Positions 42,228-54,057 of a stretch of DNA of 64,000 nt are shown piece by piece. The position numbers and the translations under genes are program-made. The stretch is taken from the NCBI GenBank assembly GCA_965195345.1, contig OZ239628.1, forward strand, positions 32,001-96,000. The letters are read 5' to 3'. The stretch is from an uncultured Thiomicrospira sp. Lineage in GTDB: Bacteria > Pseudomonadota > Gammaproteobacteria > CAKMZV01. Position 1 is the stretch's first letter. Each line of letters opens with the position of its first letter. The notes below the pieces were generated by a model, which saw only the letters and a list, made by a program, of their open reading frames with translations, was not told where the DNA came from and did no database searches.

Positions 42228-43412
42228 CTAGCTTTGCTCTGATTCAAGTTTGATAATCTCATTTGATAACAACTGTGCTACCGTATCCAACTCCTCTTCA
42301 GAAATAGTCAACGGAGGTAATAAACGGATAACATGTCCTTGTGTTACATTAATAAGCAGTCCTTTGCTTAAGCACCTCCCGACCAACTGGGTACATTCGA
42401 CTTCAAGCACAACACCCATCATCAACCCTTTGTGTCTGATGCATTTTAAAATAGACTTATCGCCGAGCATTTGCAGCAGTTTGTTACAAAGATAATCGCC
42501 TTTCTGTTCACTTTTTGTTACCAAGTCCTCCTTAAAAAGTACATCAACAACAACTTGAGCTACAGAGCAAGCAAATGGATTCCCTCCAAAAGTGGAACCA
42601 TGATTCCCTGGGTGATACAACTCCAACGCTGCTTGAGAAACCAAACAAGAACCTATCGGTATACCGTTACCAAGCCCTTTGGCAAGTGTTAAAACATCTG
42701 GTAAAATATTTTCATGCTGATATGCACAGAATTTGCCAGTACGACCATTTCCAGTTTGGATTTCATCAAGTATCATCAATGCGTCGTGATCTTTTGTTAA
42801 CTGTCTAATTTGAGCCAAATAACCTTCATCAGGTATAACAATGCCACCTTCACCTAATATCGGTTCAATCATCACTGCCACAACATTCTTATTTGCTGAT
42901 AAAACGCGCTCTATAGCCTCGATATCATTGTATGGAACACGCACAAAACCTGTAACAAGTGGCTCAAATCCTGCCTGAATCACTCTATTCCCAGAAGCGC
43001 TCAATGTCGCTAACGAACGGCCATGAAACGCATGCTCAGCGACGATAATCGCAGGTGCGTCCACTCCTTTTTTTTGGGCAAACAAACGAGCCGTTTTAAT
43101 AGCCATTTCATTGGCTTCCAACCCTGAATTGCAAAAAAAGGCTTGCTCCATCCCTGTAGCACTGCAAAGTGTATCTGCCAGTTTTCGCTGGCTTTCAATT
43201 TGATACATATTTGTGGTATGCAATAATCTTGCACTTTGATCTTGAATAACTTCAACAACAGCTGGATGCGAATGACCCAGACCTGTCACGGCAATGCCTG
43301 CCAGTGCATCAAGATAACGCTTTCCCTCATCATCCCACAACCAGCACCCTTTACCATGCGTAAAGCCAACAGGTTGACGTGTATAAACAGGCACTAAATG
43401 TTTCATAACCAC
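42228..43412 (-). CDS. argD: acetylornithine aminotransferase
   Basis: FHGRS, DEIQTG, LAKGLG (PLP Lys), HGSTFGGNP; adjacent to argF. Confidence 0.93.
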   Translation of the reverse strand: MVMKHLVPVYTRQPVGFTHGKGCWLWDDEGKRYLDALAGIAVTGLGHSHPAVVEVIQDQSARLLHTTNMYQIESQRKLADTLCSATGMEQAFFCNSGLEANEMAIKTARLFAQKKGVDAPAIIVAEHAFHGRSLATLSASGNRVIQAGFEPLVTGFVRVPYNDIEAIERVLSANKNVVAVMIEPILGEGGIVIPDEGYLAQIRQLTKDHDALMILDEIQTGNGRTGKFCAYQHENILPDVLTLAKGLGNGIPIGSCLVSQAALELYHPGNHGSTFGGNPFACSVAQVVVDVLFKEDLVTKSEQKGDYLCNKLLQMLGDKSILKCIRHKGLMMGVVLEVECTQLVGRCLSKGLLINVTQGHVIRLLPPLTISEEELDTVAQLLSNEIIKLESEQS

Positions 43413-43726
43413 TCACCAGTATTAGAAAAAAGGTAAGGATTATACAGGTAATCGCTTATTTTCTATCTACTAAAGAGCCATATTAGCACTCTGCTTGTGC
43501 CGTCCCAAAATGCCTCTTAATAATTGATCTGATGTGCTACTCAATTATTCAACACACGCACAAAGCCATTTAAACAGCAAAGCATTCAGATGACATGTGT
43601 ATTTTAAAAATAGAATTATTTGCTATTATTTTCTTGTGTTACAATGGGTTAATTGATTTTACTAAAGTTTTATATTAGATTGATGTTTCCAAACTCTAAT
43701 CCTAAATTTTTACTTCTCATTAAAAT

Positions 43727-46240
43727 ATGAACTTACCCGCATCCACATCGTTCAGAGCAATAGGATATTTAAGCTCTCTATTCTTAGCTATATACATTTT
43801 CCTTGCCATAATCGGTTCAAAATCCAATGGTTCATTTGGAGAGTGGATCGGACATGTAGCTTGGATGTGGCTCGGCAGCTCAGCTTACGTACTCCCCGTA
43901 CTTATTACCCTCAACTTATGCGATCGTATCTGGCGCTGGAGCAAGACCAACAATACCTTGGACATTCCATTGTGGGCGCGTATGACAGGCACTGCGCTGT
44001 TAATATTTTCCATCTCCGGCTTAATTGCACTCCGTTCAGACGCAGACCTCTTATCAGGTGGGATCATTGGTCATTGGATGAACCTGTATTTGCAACACGT
44101 ATTTGGATTAATAGGCACCTTCTTTTTGTTTAGTTTGACATTTTTTGTCAGCATAGCCTTGACTACAGCTTATGATTGGATGAAGCTATTTGAGTCGACA
44201 GGACTGCAAATATTAGCTTTTTTCAAAAAAACGATTAAGAAAAAGGCCGATCCCCTACAAGAGAAAAAAACAACGCCCACGCCCTATCAACTGCGTAAGC
44301 TATCCGAAAAACCCACTCAACATGCTCAGCTGAACCAACTCACTCAATTAAACCAGCCTACTTCGCCCACTCAAAATTCAACCAAAAAGAAATCCTTATT
44401 TAAAGGGCTCCTTACATGGATGCAATTTCCAAAGAAGTCAACAGAGACTTCAAACGATCAGCCCTCTGCAACACACTCCAACACAGCCGTTGAACCTCCT
44501 TTAAGCATTAAGCCTTTAAATAGTTTATCAACAAACACCCAGCCAATGATTGACCCTGTGATCGTAACAGAACCTCAACTTGGACAATCTCTAAACACAA
44601 ATATTTCCCTCAACGATACACCCTCTTTTATTGATTCCCAAGATATTTTTGCTCAACCTATAGATTCCGATCAAGAGCACGAGGAGGAACAAACACCCAT
44701 TGATGTTAACCGAGCAGCAATGGCTGTTTCAGCACCCAAAGTCCTAGAAAATATTTTGCCAAACACTGATTTACTCGATGCTATTCCAGTAAAAGAGCAA
44801 GGATTTTCTGATGAAGAATTGCAAAAAATGGGAACGCTATTACAAGAAAGTTTACGAAACTTCAACATTCAAATAACCGTCGAAGCCGTTCAACCTGGAC
44901 CCGTCGTTACGCTATTTGAGGTACAACCTGCCCCTGGAGTAAAAGTAAATCAAATCAGTCTTCTCGCTAAAGATTTAGCACGTGCCATGTCGGTGCAAAG
45001 CGTTCGAGTGGTTGAAGTTATTCCAGGAAAATCGTGCATTGGTATCGAAATACCGAATGCAGTACGTGAAACAGTCAGTTTCCGTGAAGTCCTAGAATCC
45101 TCAACGTTCCAAGGTTCAAAACACCCAATGGAAATGGTACTTGGCAAAGACATTGCAGGTAATCCTATAGTAGTTAACCTTGCTAAAATGCCTCATCTTT
45201 TGGTCGCTGGAACAACGGGATCAGGAAAGTCTGTGGGCATTAACTCAATGATTCTAAGCTTGATATTTAAAGCAGACCCCAAAGAAGTTAAGATGATTAT
45301 GATTGATCCAAAAATGTTGGAACTTTCAATTTATGAAGGCATTCCCCATTTACTAACCCCTGTCGTTACAGACATGAGTAATGCCGCCAGTGCTTTGAAA
45401 TGGAGCGTCGCTGAAATGGAACGCCGTTATCGACTTATGTCGTTGCTCGGTGTGCGCAACATAGCAGGACTTAATGAAAAAATAGTCGCTGCTCAAAAAG
45501 AAGGAAAACCAATAAAAGATCCTCTGCATAAGCCTACGGCGGCGTATGGACATGAACTTGCTGAAGATGCCCCGCTTTTGGAAAAAATGAGTTTTATCGT
45601 AATCATCATTGATGAATTTGCAGATTTAATGATGGTGGTTGGTAAACAAATTGAAGAACTCATTGCTCGACTGGCACAAAAAGCGCGTGCAGCAGGCATT
45701 CACTTAGTACTTGCAACTCAAAGACCATCGGTTAACGTAATAACAGGACTAATCAAAGCAAACATACCAACACGCCTATCTTTTCAAGTTTCTACCAAAA
45801 TTGATTCACGCACCATACTGGATCAAGGCGGAGCTGATCAATTACTTGGGATGGGCGACATGCTGTATTTGCCACCCGGTTCAGGTATGCCAATACGTGC
45901 GCATGGCGCTTTTGTTTCCGACAATGAAGTCCATCGTGTTGTTGAATTTGTCAAAGAAAACCAAACTCCCCCTGAGTATATAAATGATTTATCCGAAGAA
46001 ATTAAAACGTTAGGTGGTGTTTCTGGCTTGAGTGGTGATAACACAAAATATGATGATGAAAATGATGATTTATATCAACAAGCGGTGCTCGTTGTTCTCG
46101 AATCAGGAAAAGCATCCATATCAAGAGTACAACGTGAACTGCGTATTGGTTATAATCGTGCTGCAAGAATCATTGAAGATATGGAAAGAAATGGTCTAGT
46201 TAGTTCAATGAATGCACAAGGACAGCGCGAAATACTTTAA
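43727..46240 (+). CDS. ftsK: DNA translocase FtsK
   Basis: N-terminal TMs, low-complexity linker, [26 protein letters not shown] gamma domain. Confidence 0.96.
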   Translation: MNLPASTSFRAIGYLSSLFLAIYIFLAIIGSKSNGSFGEWIGHVAWMWLGSSAYVLPVLITLNLCDRIWRWSKTNNTLDIPLWARMTGTALLIFSISGLIALRSDADLLSGGIIGHWMNLYLQHVFGLIGTFFLFSLTFFVSIALTTAYDWMKLFESTGLQILAFFKKTIKKKADPLQEKKTTPTPYQLRKLSEKPTQHAQLNQLTQLNQPTSPTQNSTKKKSLFKGLLTWMQFPKKSTETSNDQPSATHSNTAVEPPLSIKPLNSLSTNTQPMIDPVIVTEPQLGQSLNTNISLNDTPSFIDSQDIFAQPIDSDQEHEEEQTPIDVNRAAMAVSAPKVLENILPNTDLLDAIPVKEQGFSDEELQKMGTLLQESLRNFNIQITVEAVQPGPVVTLFEVQPAPGVKVNQISLLAKDLARAMSVQSVRVVEVIPGKSCIGIEIPNAVRETVSFREVLESSTFQGSKHPMEMVLGKDIAGNPIVVNLAKMPHLLVAGTTGSGKSVGINSMILSLIFKADPKEVKMIMIDPKMLELSIYEGIPHLLTPVVTDMSNAASALKWSVAEMERRYRLMSLLGVRNIAGLNEKIVAAQKEGKPIKDPLHKPTAAYGHELAEDAPLLEKMSFIVIIIDEFADLMMVVGKQIEELIARLAQKARAAGIHLVLATQRPSVNVITGLIKANIPTRLSFQVSTKIDSRTILDQGGADQLLGMGDMLYLPPGSGMPIRAHGAFVSDNEVHRVVEFVKENQTPPEYINDLSEEIKTLGGVSGLSGDNTKYDDENDDLYQQAVLVVLESGKASISRVQRELRIGYNRAARIIEDMERNGLVSSMNAQGQREIL

Positions 46241-46364
46241 TTTTAAAATAAATTTTCATGCCTGCCCTCGTGGTTGTTATCTATTCTCGCGTTAGTCATT
46301 AGAAAGTAGATGAACTATTTGGACTTTATACCACCGTGATACCCTCTAATTGGTTGGTTTTAAA

Positions 46365-47747
46365 ATGAAAATTATCATAATCGGGGCTGGTAGAGTAGGG
46401 CGTGGATTGGTGCGCCATCTTGATGCAGAAGACGATAACATCACCGTTATTGACTCCAACCCCACACGACTTGATCTTTTACGCTCATCTTTTGATGTGC
46501 AACTTATCCAAGGCATTGGATCAGATCCCAAAACACTAAGAACTGCAGGCGTTGAAGAAACAGATCTGGTTATTGCCGTCACTCGAGAAGACGAGGTAAA
46601 CATTCTTGCCTGTCATGTTGCTCATCGCCTGTCAAAACACGCCCAAAAACTCTGCCGAGTCCGACTACCTGGCTATTGGACTTATCGAGGAATCATTGCT
46701 ACCGATGTGAACGATGAGACTGTTATCGATCACTTCATTAGCCCTCAAAGAGTGGTTACTCGGCATATCCGACGCTTGCTTGAAACACCTGGCTCTCTTC
46801 AGGTCATTGACTTTGCCGATGGTGCTGTACGATTAGTTGCCATAAAGGCTTACTTTGGAGGTCTATTAGTAAACAAGCGTATTAACGTGTTGAAAGATCA
46901 CCTCCCTGCTAATATTGACACACGCATCGTTGCCATATACCGCGACGGCAAAGCGCTTATTCCCAGTGGGAATACCGTGTTACAAGTCAACGATGAAGTT
47001 TTCTTCATAGCAAAAACCGAACATATTCGCCTAATTTCAAGCGAACTACGCCGCACAGAAAAACCATATAGCTCAATCATAATTGCGGGAGGTGGACACG
47101 TTGGTCATCGCCTTGCACAGACGATGGAAGACCAAATTCGACTTGTTAAAATCATTGAATCAAGCAAAGAACGTTGCCGATACATTGCTGAACGATTAGA
47201 CCACTCTGTTGTTCTACAAGGAGACTGCACTGACCGCACGTTACTCAGCCAAGAAGAAATAGGAAATACTAATGTGTTTATGGCTCTCACCAACAATGAC
47301 GAAGCCAATATTATTTCTTCGATGATGGCAAAAGAAATGGGCGCGAGTAAAGTAATGACATTGATCAACAACGCCGACTATGCGCCCTTGCTTGAAAATT
47401 CACAAATTGATGTCACAATTGCCCCTGATTTAATAACCATATCAAGCATGTTGGCTTTTGCTCGCCAAGGTGACACTACTTCTGCCCATACCTTAAGACG
47501 TGGTGCTGCTGAAGCATTAGAAATCGTTGTCCATGGAGACAGTGCATCTTCTAAAGTCATTGGGCGGCGCATAGACGAAATAAGTTTGCCTATGGGCGTA
47601 TCCCTCGGTGCAATTGTGCGCGATGAGGAAGTCATCATAGCACATGGCGACACGTTTATTTTTGACATGGATCACATCATTGTATTCATTACTGATCGCA
47701 GATTAATACCAGTAATAGAAAGTTTATTCGGATCGACTATCCTATAA
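46365..47747 (+). CDS. trkA: Trk K+ uptake regulatory subunit
   Basis: Two RCK domains (GAGRVG; GGGHVG), LRRGAAEA. Confidence 0.95.
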   Translation: MKIIIIGAGRVGRGLVRHLDAEDDNITVIDSNPTRLDLLRSSFDVQLIQGIGSDPKTLRTAGVEETDLVIAVTREDEVNILACHVAHRLSKHAQKLCRVRLPGYWTYRGIIATDVNDETVIDHFISPQRVVTRHIRRLLETPGSLQVIDFADGAVRLVAIKAYFGGLLVNKRINVLKDHLPANIDTRIVAIYRDGKALIPSGNTVLQVNDEVFFIAKTEHIRLISSELRRTEKPYSSIIIAGGGHVGHRLAQTMEDQIRLVKIIESSKERCRYIAERLDHSVVLQGDCTDRTLLSQEEIGNTNVFMALTNNDEANIISSMMAKEMGASKVMTLINNADYAPLLENSQIDVTIAPDLITISSMLAFARQGDTTSAHTLRRGAAEALEIVVHGDSASSKVIGRRIDEISLPMGVSLGAIVRDEEVIIAHGDTFIFDMDHIIVFITDRRLIPVIESLFGSTIL

Positions 47748-47754
47748 AGATGTC

Positions 47755-49218
47755 ATGAATTTTCAATCTATCTCTCGTGTTTTAGGCAAATTGCTCGCCC
47801 TTTACAGCATGACCTTTTTAGTTCCGCTCGCTGTTGCTTTTATTTACCAAGAAGACGAACTACTTCCCTATCTGGTCGCATCGCTGGTTACCTTCGCTAC
47901 TGCATTGATACTGTACTTGCCATCAGCAAACAATCGTGAGATCCAACCCCGTATAAAAGATGGCTACATCATAGTTGTTCTGTATTGGGTTGTTCTTGGG
48001 GTATTTGGCACGATCCCTTTTCTGCTGCTTCAAGAAACATCCCATGAATCATTTACAAATGTACTGTTTGAATCCTTCTCTGGATTAACTACAACGGGCG
48101 CAACTATATTCCCCAACCTTGATTCTCTCCCGCGCTCCATACTTTTTTATCGCCAACAATTGCAATGGTTGGGGGGGATGGGGCTCATCATTCTCGCTAT
48201 GGCAGTCTTACCCACCCTTGGTGTTGGCGGACAAATATTATTTAAAGCAGAAATCGCCAGCCCATTGAAGGACGAAAAATTATCTCCAAGAATCTCCAGT
48301 ACAGCAAAGGCTCTTTGGAGCATTTATCTCACATTGACCATTGTCTGCGCAATTGCGTATCGGATCGCTGGCATGGATTGGTTTGATGCTATCGCTCACA
48401 GTTTCTCAACCGTCTCAATTGGCGGATTTTCAACACACGACGCTAATATCGGCTACTTTAATAGCCCACTAATCGAAAGCATAGCGATGATTTTCATGCT
48501 CATTTCTGCCGTTAATTTTGCTTTGCACTTCAACACTTGGCACAGGCGCGACCTTGGCAGCTTAAAAAGCTATTGGCTGGATACAGAAACGCGCGCCTTT
48601 TTCTATATCATCGCAAGCATGTGTTTACTTGCCGTTCTTTTACTCACTTTTTACGATGTTTTTACGTTCGATAAAGCGCTTCGATACGGTCTTTTTCAGA
48701 CGGTCTCCATCATCACCACTACAGGTTTTACAAATGCTGAGTGGTATAACTGGCCTGGAGGTATTCCTTGGATGCTCCTATATTTTAGCTTTGTTGGTGC
48801 TTGTGCAGGTTCCACTGGTGGCGGCATGAAAGTCATTCGATTTTTATTATTAGTAAAACAAGGTTTACGAGAAATCACCATGCTGGTACACCCTAGAGCA
48901 ATCCATCCATTGCGTTTAAACCATCAAGTTATTCCTGAACGCATAATCAATACAATTTGGGGATTCTTTGCGCTCTATGTATCCGTTTTTCTTATACTAC
49001 TGATGCTGATGCTGATCGTGGGAGAGTCGCCTATTACCGCATTTTCTGCCTTATCTTCATGTATCAATAATCTCGGTCCTGCTATGGGTGATGCCCACAA
49101 TAACTATGCCAGTCTATCAACCGCAGCTAAAAGCATACTAACCTTCGCAATGCTCGTTGGACGTTTGGAGTTTTACTCATTAGTTATAATATTAACTCCC
49201 ATCTTCTGGCGTACGTGA
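47755..49218 (+). CDS. trkH: Trk K+ uptake membrane protein
   Basis: FESFSGLTTTGAT, WLGGMG, SIGGFS, GSTGGGMK, GRLE. Confidence 0.95.
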   Translation: MNFQSISRVLGKLLALYSMTFLVPLAVAFIYQEDELLPYLVASLVTFATALILYLPSANNREIQPRIKDGYIIVVLYWVVLGVFGTIPFLLLQETSHESFTNVLFESFSGLTTTGATIFPNLDSLPRSILFYRQQLQWLGGMGLIILAMAVLPTLGVGGQILFKAEIASPLKDEKLSPRISSTAKALWSIYLTLTIVCAIAYRIAGMDWFDAIAHSFSTVSIGGFSTHDANIGYFNSPLIESIAMIFMLISAVNFALHFNTWHRRDLGSLKSYWLDTETRAFFYIIASMCLLAVLLLTFYDVFTFDKALRYGLFQTVSIITTTGFTNAEWYNWPGGIPWMLLYFSFVGACAGSTGGGMKVIRFLLLVKQGLREITMLVHPRAIHPLRLNHQVIPERIINTIWGFFALYVSVFLILLMLMLIVGESPITAFSALSSCINNLGPAMGDAHNNYASLSTAAKSILTFAMLVGRLEFYSLVIILTPIFWRT

Positions 49219-50246
49219 ATACTTCTGATTTTTACTTCGACCTCCCCCAAAACTTAATAGCCACACACCCCTCAAAAGAACGTGGAATGAGTCGATTGCT
49301 ATACGCTGGACAAGAACTATCTGACAAATGCTTCACCAATCTGCCTGAATTTCTTAATTCTGGTGATGTGCTTGTTTTTAATAACACTAAAACCATACCA
49401 GCAAGACTGTATGGTGAAAAAACAACAGGCGGCAAAGTAGAAGTTACTATAGAACGAATACTGCCTAAAAATAAAGCCAGAGCATTAGTAAAATCAAACC
49501 GTGGTCTGCAAACTGGCAGCGAAATAATTTTAGCAAAAGGAAATATTAAAGCAGTCGTAATCAGCAAAGAGAAACAGCTTTACTTGTTGCAATTTGAATC
49601 ATCCATGAACTTGCTACAAGCGTTGGAAAAATGGGGTGAAATTCCGTTGCCCCCCTACTTACACCGTCCAGCCGAAACCATTGATAGTACACGCTATCAA
49701 ACCGTCTTTGCCCGTCATGCTGGCTCCGTTGCCGCACCTACTGCAGGGCTGCATTTCAATGAAAAATTATTAGAAAAAATTCGCCAAAAAAACATCATCT
49801 GTGCAGAACTCACCTTACATATTGGCGCAGGGACTTTCCTGCCGGTACAAACTGAGAAAATCGAAGACCATAACATGCACTATGAATATTTTGAATTACC
49901 TCAAAAAACCGTAGATGTCATCTTAGAAGCAAAAAAGCGTGGCAATCGCGTTATAGCTGTTGGTACAACCTCTGTCCGCACACTGGAGAGTGCTTGGCGT
50001 TTGCTTGACGGGCAACTAAAACAAACATCCGCTGAGACCAATCTTTTCATTAGCCCTGGATTCTCATTCAAATTAGTTGACGCTCTACTAACAAACTTCC
50101 ACCTACCCTCATCAACCCTGATTATGCTTGTATCGGCATTTTATGGACTTGATAACACGATGAAAGCCTATCAATATGCTATTGAAAAAGAATATCGCTT
50201 TTTTAGCTATGGCGATGCTATGTATATTCCTTCTCACGCTCGATAG
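49215..50246 (+). CDS. queA: SAM:tRNA ribosyltransferase-isomerase
   Basis: PLPPY, RYQTVFA, SVAAPTAGLHF, VGTTSVR, TNFHLP, RFFSYGDA. Confidence 0.97.
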   Translation: MNTSDFYFDLPQNLIATHPSKERGMSRLLYAGQELSDKCFTNLPEFLNSGDVLVFNNTKTIPARLYGEKTTGGKVEVTIERILPKNKARALVKSNRGLQTGSEIILAKGNIKAVVISKEKQLYLLQFESSMNLLQALEKWGEIPLPPYLHRPAETIDSTRYQTVFARHAGSVAAPTAGLHFNEKLLEKIRQKNIICAELTLHIGAGTFLPVQTEKIEDHNMHYEYFELPQKTVDVILEAKKRGNRVIAVGTTSVRTLESAWRLLDGQLKQTSAETNLFISPGFSFKLVDALLTNFHLPSSTLIMLVSAFYGLDNTMKAYQYAIEKEYRFFSYGDAMYIPSHAR

Positions 50247-50360
50247 AAAATAGTTTACAATAAATTTATGAATAAAAAGGGCTTTCACTCTTATATTCAA
50301 TTAAATTCCAAATTGATAAACAGGTTTGCACAGCAAGTCTATACTTAGAAGGATTCTCAT

Positions 50361-51701
50361 ATGAATAAAAAAGTAGCCATCATTGGCGCGGGTCCGAGCG
50401 GACTGGCTCAGTTGCGTGCTTTTCAATCGGCACAGACTCAAGGCGTGGATGTTCCAGAAGTTGTTTGTTTTGAAAAACAGGAAAATTGGGGCGGATTGTG
50501 GAATTATAGCTGGCGCACAGGGCTCGACGGGCATGGTGAACCAGTGCACAACAGCATGTACCGTTACCTATGGTCCAACGGTCCCAAAGAGTGTTTAGAG
50601 TTCGCTGACTACACCTTTGAAGAGCATTTTGGCAAGCCTATCGCTTCCTACCCTCCACGCGCAGTGCTTTGGGACTATATCAAAGGACGGGTTGAAAAAG
50701 CGGGCGTGCGCGATAAAATCCGATTTAACACAATCGTTCGTAATGTGCAGTTCAACGAAAAAACCAACCAATTTACACTCACTGCTCAAGACATGAAAAA
50801 AGACTCCATGAGCGATGAAGTTTTTGATTATGTCATCGTCGCCAATGGGCATTTCTCTACCCCAGCCGTCCCCTTTTATCCTGGATTTGAGTCATTCAAT
50901 GGTCGCATCATGCACGCGCACGACTTCCGCGATGCTCTGGAATTTAAAGATCAAGACATCCTCATTGTCGGCAGTAGCTACTCAGCAGAAGACATCGGTT
51001 CACAATGCTTTAAATACGGTTGCCGCTCTATTACCAGTAGCCATCGTTCTGGACCCATCGGCTACCATTGGCCAGATAACTGGACTGAAAAACCTGCTAT
51101 CAGCCATGTAGATAATCGCACCGTGCATTTTGTTGATGGAACAACAACGGATGTCCATGCGATTGTTCTGTGTACAGGATACCTGCACCACTTCCCATTT
51201 CTTCCCGATGAACTGCGCTTAAAAACCGCCAATATCCTCTATCCTGAAAACTTATATAAAGGCGTCGTTTGGGAGGGTAACACCAAGCTTTTTTATCTTG
51301 GAATGCAAGATCAATGGTACACATTCAACATGTTTGATGCACAAGCTTGGTATGCGCGTGATGTCATTTTAGGACGCATTAACCTACCATCACAAAGCGA
51401 AATGCAAGCGCACACCAAAGCATGGATGGAACGCGAAGGCACATTGGTTGAAAACAAAGACATGATCTATTTTCAAGGCGATTACGTGCAGATGCTCATT
51501 GATGAGACCGATTACCCAAGTTTCGATGTCAAAGGCGTTAATGAAACCTTCCTTGAATGGAAACACGATAAACACGATGACATTATGGGATATCGAAATA
51601 AATCCTATAAGTCATTGATGACAGGCAATCAATCCCCCCCGCACCACACAGAATGGCTTAAAGAATTGGATGATTCGATGGAGTCTTATCTGCGTATCTG
51701 A
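50361..51701 (+). CDS. tmm: bacterial flavin-containing monooxygenase, trimethylamine monooxygenase type
   Basis: [46 protein letters not shown] (FMO motif), GSSYSAED. Confidence 0.9.
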   Translation: MNKKVAIIGAGPSGLAQLRAFQSAQTQGVDVPEVVCFEKQENWGGLWNYSWRTGLDGHGEPVHNSMYRYLWSNGPKECLEFADYTFEEHFGKPIASYPPRAVLWDYIKGRVEKAGVRDKIRFNTIVRNVQFNEKTNQFTLTAQDMKKDSMSDEVFDYVIVANGHFSTPAVPFYPGFESFNGRIMHAHDFRDALEFKDQDILIVGSSYSAEDIGSQCFKYGCRSITSSHRSGPIGYHWPDNWTEKPAISHVDNRTVHFVDGTTTDVHAIVLCTGYLHHFPFLPDELRLKTANILYPENLYKGVVWEGNTKLFYLGMQDQWYTFNMFDAQAWYARDVILGRINLPSQSEMQAHTKAWMEREGTLVENKDMIYFQGDYVQMLIDETDYPSFDVKGVNETFLEWKHDKHDDIMGYRNKSYKSLMTGNQSPPHHTEWLKELDDSMESYLRI

Positions 51702-51713
51702 GTAACCACGCAT

Positions 51714-51752
51714 AGCCAATAACTTATAGCACCGACGATTAAGTTATTGGCT
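51714..51752. terminator. 13-bp inverted repeat after tmm
   Basis: AGCCAATAACTTA-N13-TAAGTTATTGGCT; no clear U tract. Confidence 0.5.
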
Positions 51753-51763
51753 TAAGCTGTGAG

Positions 51764-51802
51764 CGATTACTTTAATCGATTGCTTTGAATGATTACTTTG
51801 AG
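51764..51802. repeat. 3 x 13-bp tandem repeat with GATT(A/G)CTTT core
   Basis: Cores start at 51765, 51778 and 51791. Confidence 0.7.
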
Positions 51803-51862
51803 AAAGTATGATTTGCGAATTATATTTCTCAGCTCGATCCGTCCTTTGCCGAAAGCCACAAA

Positions 51863-52588
51863 ATGTCGCAGCAAACATTAAACCTTTTAGAATCTATAGG
51901 ACTTTCCATAGAAATCATTCGCACAGATCGAAAGCGATCCGTCTCTATGCAATTAGAGGGGGAAAAGCTAAGAATACGCGTGCCAAAAACGCTGGAAGAT
52001 AAGGTCATACAAGACCTCATCATCAAAAAATCCACATGGATTAAAAAAAAACTTGCCCAAAACAAAAACAAGCCTCTGATTGTCCCGCCAAAATATGCGG
52101 ATGGGGAATATTTTAAGTACCTTGGTGAGGATTACATACTAACAATCAATACCAATGAAGGTATACCTTATTTGATATTACAAGATAACAGTTTCCAAGC
52201 ATTCATACCAGAAAAAACGGAAAAAATAGAATCCACCATTAACGACTTATTCATAAAATGGTATCAACAAAATGCGTCCTTAATACTCGAGGAAAAAACC
52301 AACCACTTTGCCAAAGTGATTGGCGTGTACCCTAAATCAATCACAATAAAGAACTACAAATCCAGATGGGGTGCTTGTTCAATCGAAGGCAACATATTTT
52401 ATAACTGGCGTCTCATCCTCACACCGATCGCTATTATTGACTATGTGGTCGTTCACGAACTTTGTCATATGCTGGAACACAACCACTCAAAACGTTATTG
52501 GCAACACGTCATGCGCTACCTCCCCGACCACAAAGAACGCCGCAAGTGGTTACGAGAAAATGCCATCCACATCAGCCATTACGAATAA
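51863..52588 (+). CDS. YgjP/DUF45-like zincin metallo-hydrolase
   Basis: KSRWGACS, NWRLI, DYVVVHELCHMLEHNHS..W. Confidence 0.88.
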   Translation: MSQQTLNLLESIGLSIEIIRTDRKRSVSMQLEGEKLRIRVPKTLEDKVIQDLIIKKSTWIKKKLAQNKNKPLIVPPKYADGEYFKYLGEDYILTINTNEGIPYLILQDNSFQAFIPEKTEKIESTINDLFIKWYQQNASLILEEKTNHFAKVIGVYPKSITIKNYKSRWGACSIEGNIFYNWRLILTPIAIIDYVVVHELCHMLEHNHSKRYWQHVMRYLPDHKERRKWLRENAIHISHYE

Positions 52589-52740
52589 TCGGTAATACGC
52601 CTTAATAAACTTAGATGATTAACTGAGAAATCCCTACTTTTGAGTGTGCCATATCGGAGACAACTTACATAAAGACGGTGGGTGCTTTAGGGATTTTTGC
52701 GGAAATAACGCTTATGCTCGCTGGATTTATTTAAGAATAG

Positions 52741-54057
52741 CTAACTTTCAGTTGTAAATGAACTCATGAGAACTGCATATTCTGAGATTACATCATCTCT
52801 ATTTCCTCGAAAATAATGCCGTATGAGTGATAAAGCGTTAGAAATAAAATCGTCTATAGGGCTAAGCTCATTATCACTCATTAAAATGCATTTCAGGAGG
52901 GCGTGCAAGCGATGACGATCAAAGTTAACAATCGCTAATTTTTCAATTAATTCACTAAATGAAATATCTTTATGCTTCAGTCTGTTAAACAAAGGAGGAT
53001 CACAGACTTTAACCATTGCAAGAAAAACCACAATCTCTGTCAAGTAATCCTTATTAGAAAGTCCTAAACCCACAATCACAATATTTGTATATACCTTCTC
53101 CAATTGTCTTAATGATAGATCATAGTGTTTAGATAAAATTACTATATTTTCATAAAACACAGAATGTTCTTGCTTTGGTTCAGTAAAGCCATGTAATTCA
53201 AATAACCTTTGAGAGTATTTTTTAATATCATAAACATGAGATTCTTTCTTGTTTTGGGGCAATGATGACTCTATAGTTATAAACTTTTGTAAATAAGTAT
53301 GAGCATCAATATCTTGTCCATAAACTTTTTTTACAGCCACCTCCAACTGTTTTTTATTCATAACTAAGACAAATACAACGTTTTTAACTGAAAATAAATG
53401 TTTGATTTTTTCAATGACTTGAACGGCAAAGGGTGGTCTGCATCGATCGAGCTCATCAATGATGATTACTAAAGGAGTGTCTTTATTTTCGTTTAACTTA
53501 GATGGGAGTTTTGAGAGATCTTCTCTAAAGGATTGAACGAAATTTACTTCCTCTTCATGCGATTTCACTCGATCTTTAACATACTGATCAACGAGCTCTG
53601 CCGCACCATTTGACCATAAGTTTTTGAAACTTTCACTTTCTGTATCTCCAAACGTATTTAAAGTCACCGCCTTGATGCCCATTTTCGTCAACACTGGCAT
53701 TACCGTACGAGCAACGTTTGTTGCTTTTTTTATAAATTCATCAGTGTTTACATTAGAATTTTTACTAACATAATTGTTAATAGCACTTACTATTGGAATA
53801 AAGGCATCATCTGCATAATCAATTGAAAAAGCGTCAATGTAAATGTTTGAAATGTTGTTTTTTGTCAGCATTCCTTGCCACATCTTTACAAAGGTTGTCT
53901 TTCCCTCTCCCCAATCAGCATCAATTGAAATGACTAATTCGTGCTCAACATCGCGAACTATATTTCGAAGAAACTCTCCATACGCCTTCCTATTAAGAAT
54001 ATCTTTCTCAAACCCCTCTTGCTCATCAATATCCAGTGGTGGAATAACCAGTTTCAT
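52741..54057 (-). CDS. KAP-family P-loop NTPase (no TM segments)
   Basis: D.LNR, WGEGKTT Walker A, IIIDELDRC Walker B, IKHLF, YLQKFI; AT-rich; SD GGAG. Confidence 0.9.
   Translation of the reverse strand: MKLVIPPLDIDEQEGFEKDILNRKAYGEFLRNIVRDVEHELVISIDADWGEGKTTFVKMWQGMLTKNNISNIYIDAFSIDYADDAFIPIVSAINNYVSKNSNVNTDEFIKKATNVARTVMPVLTKMGIKAVTLNTFGDTESESFKNLWSNGAAELVDQYVKDRVKSHEEEVNFVQSFREDLSKLPSKLNENKDTPLVIIIDELDRCRPPFAVQVIEKIKHLFSVKNVVFVLVMNKKQLEVAVKKVYGQDIDAHTYLQKFITIESSLPQNKKESHVYDIKKYSQRLFELHGFTEPKQEHSVFYENIVILSKHYDLSLRQLEKVYTNIVIVGLGLSNKDYLTEIVVFLAMVKVCDPPLFNRLKHKDISFSELIEKLAIVNFDRHRLHALLKCILMSDNELSPIDDFISNALSLIRHYFRGNRDDVISEYAVLMSSFTTES

Noticed and set aside
44325-44357. [10 protein letters not shown] repeat in FtsK
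   Set aside because: Ordinary low-complexity FtsK linker.
52741-52765. KAP C-terminus SFTTES as a third glmS-tail copy
   Set aside because: Only 3/5 residues match, the GTTAC core is absent and there are no arms.
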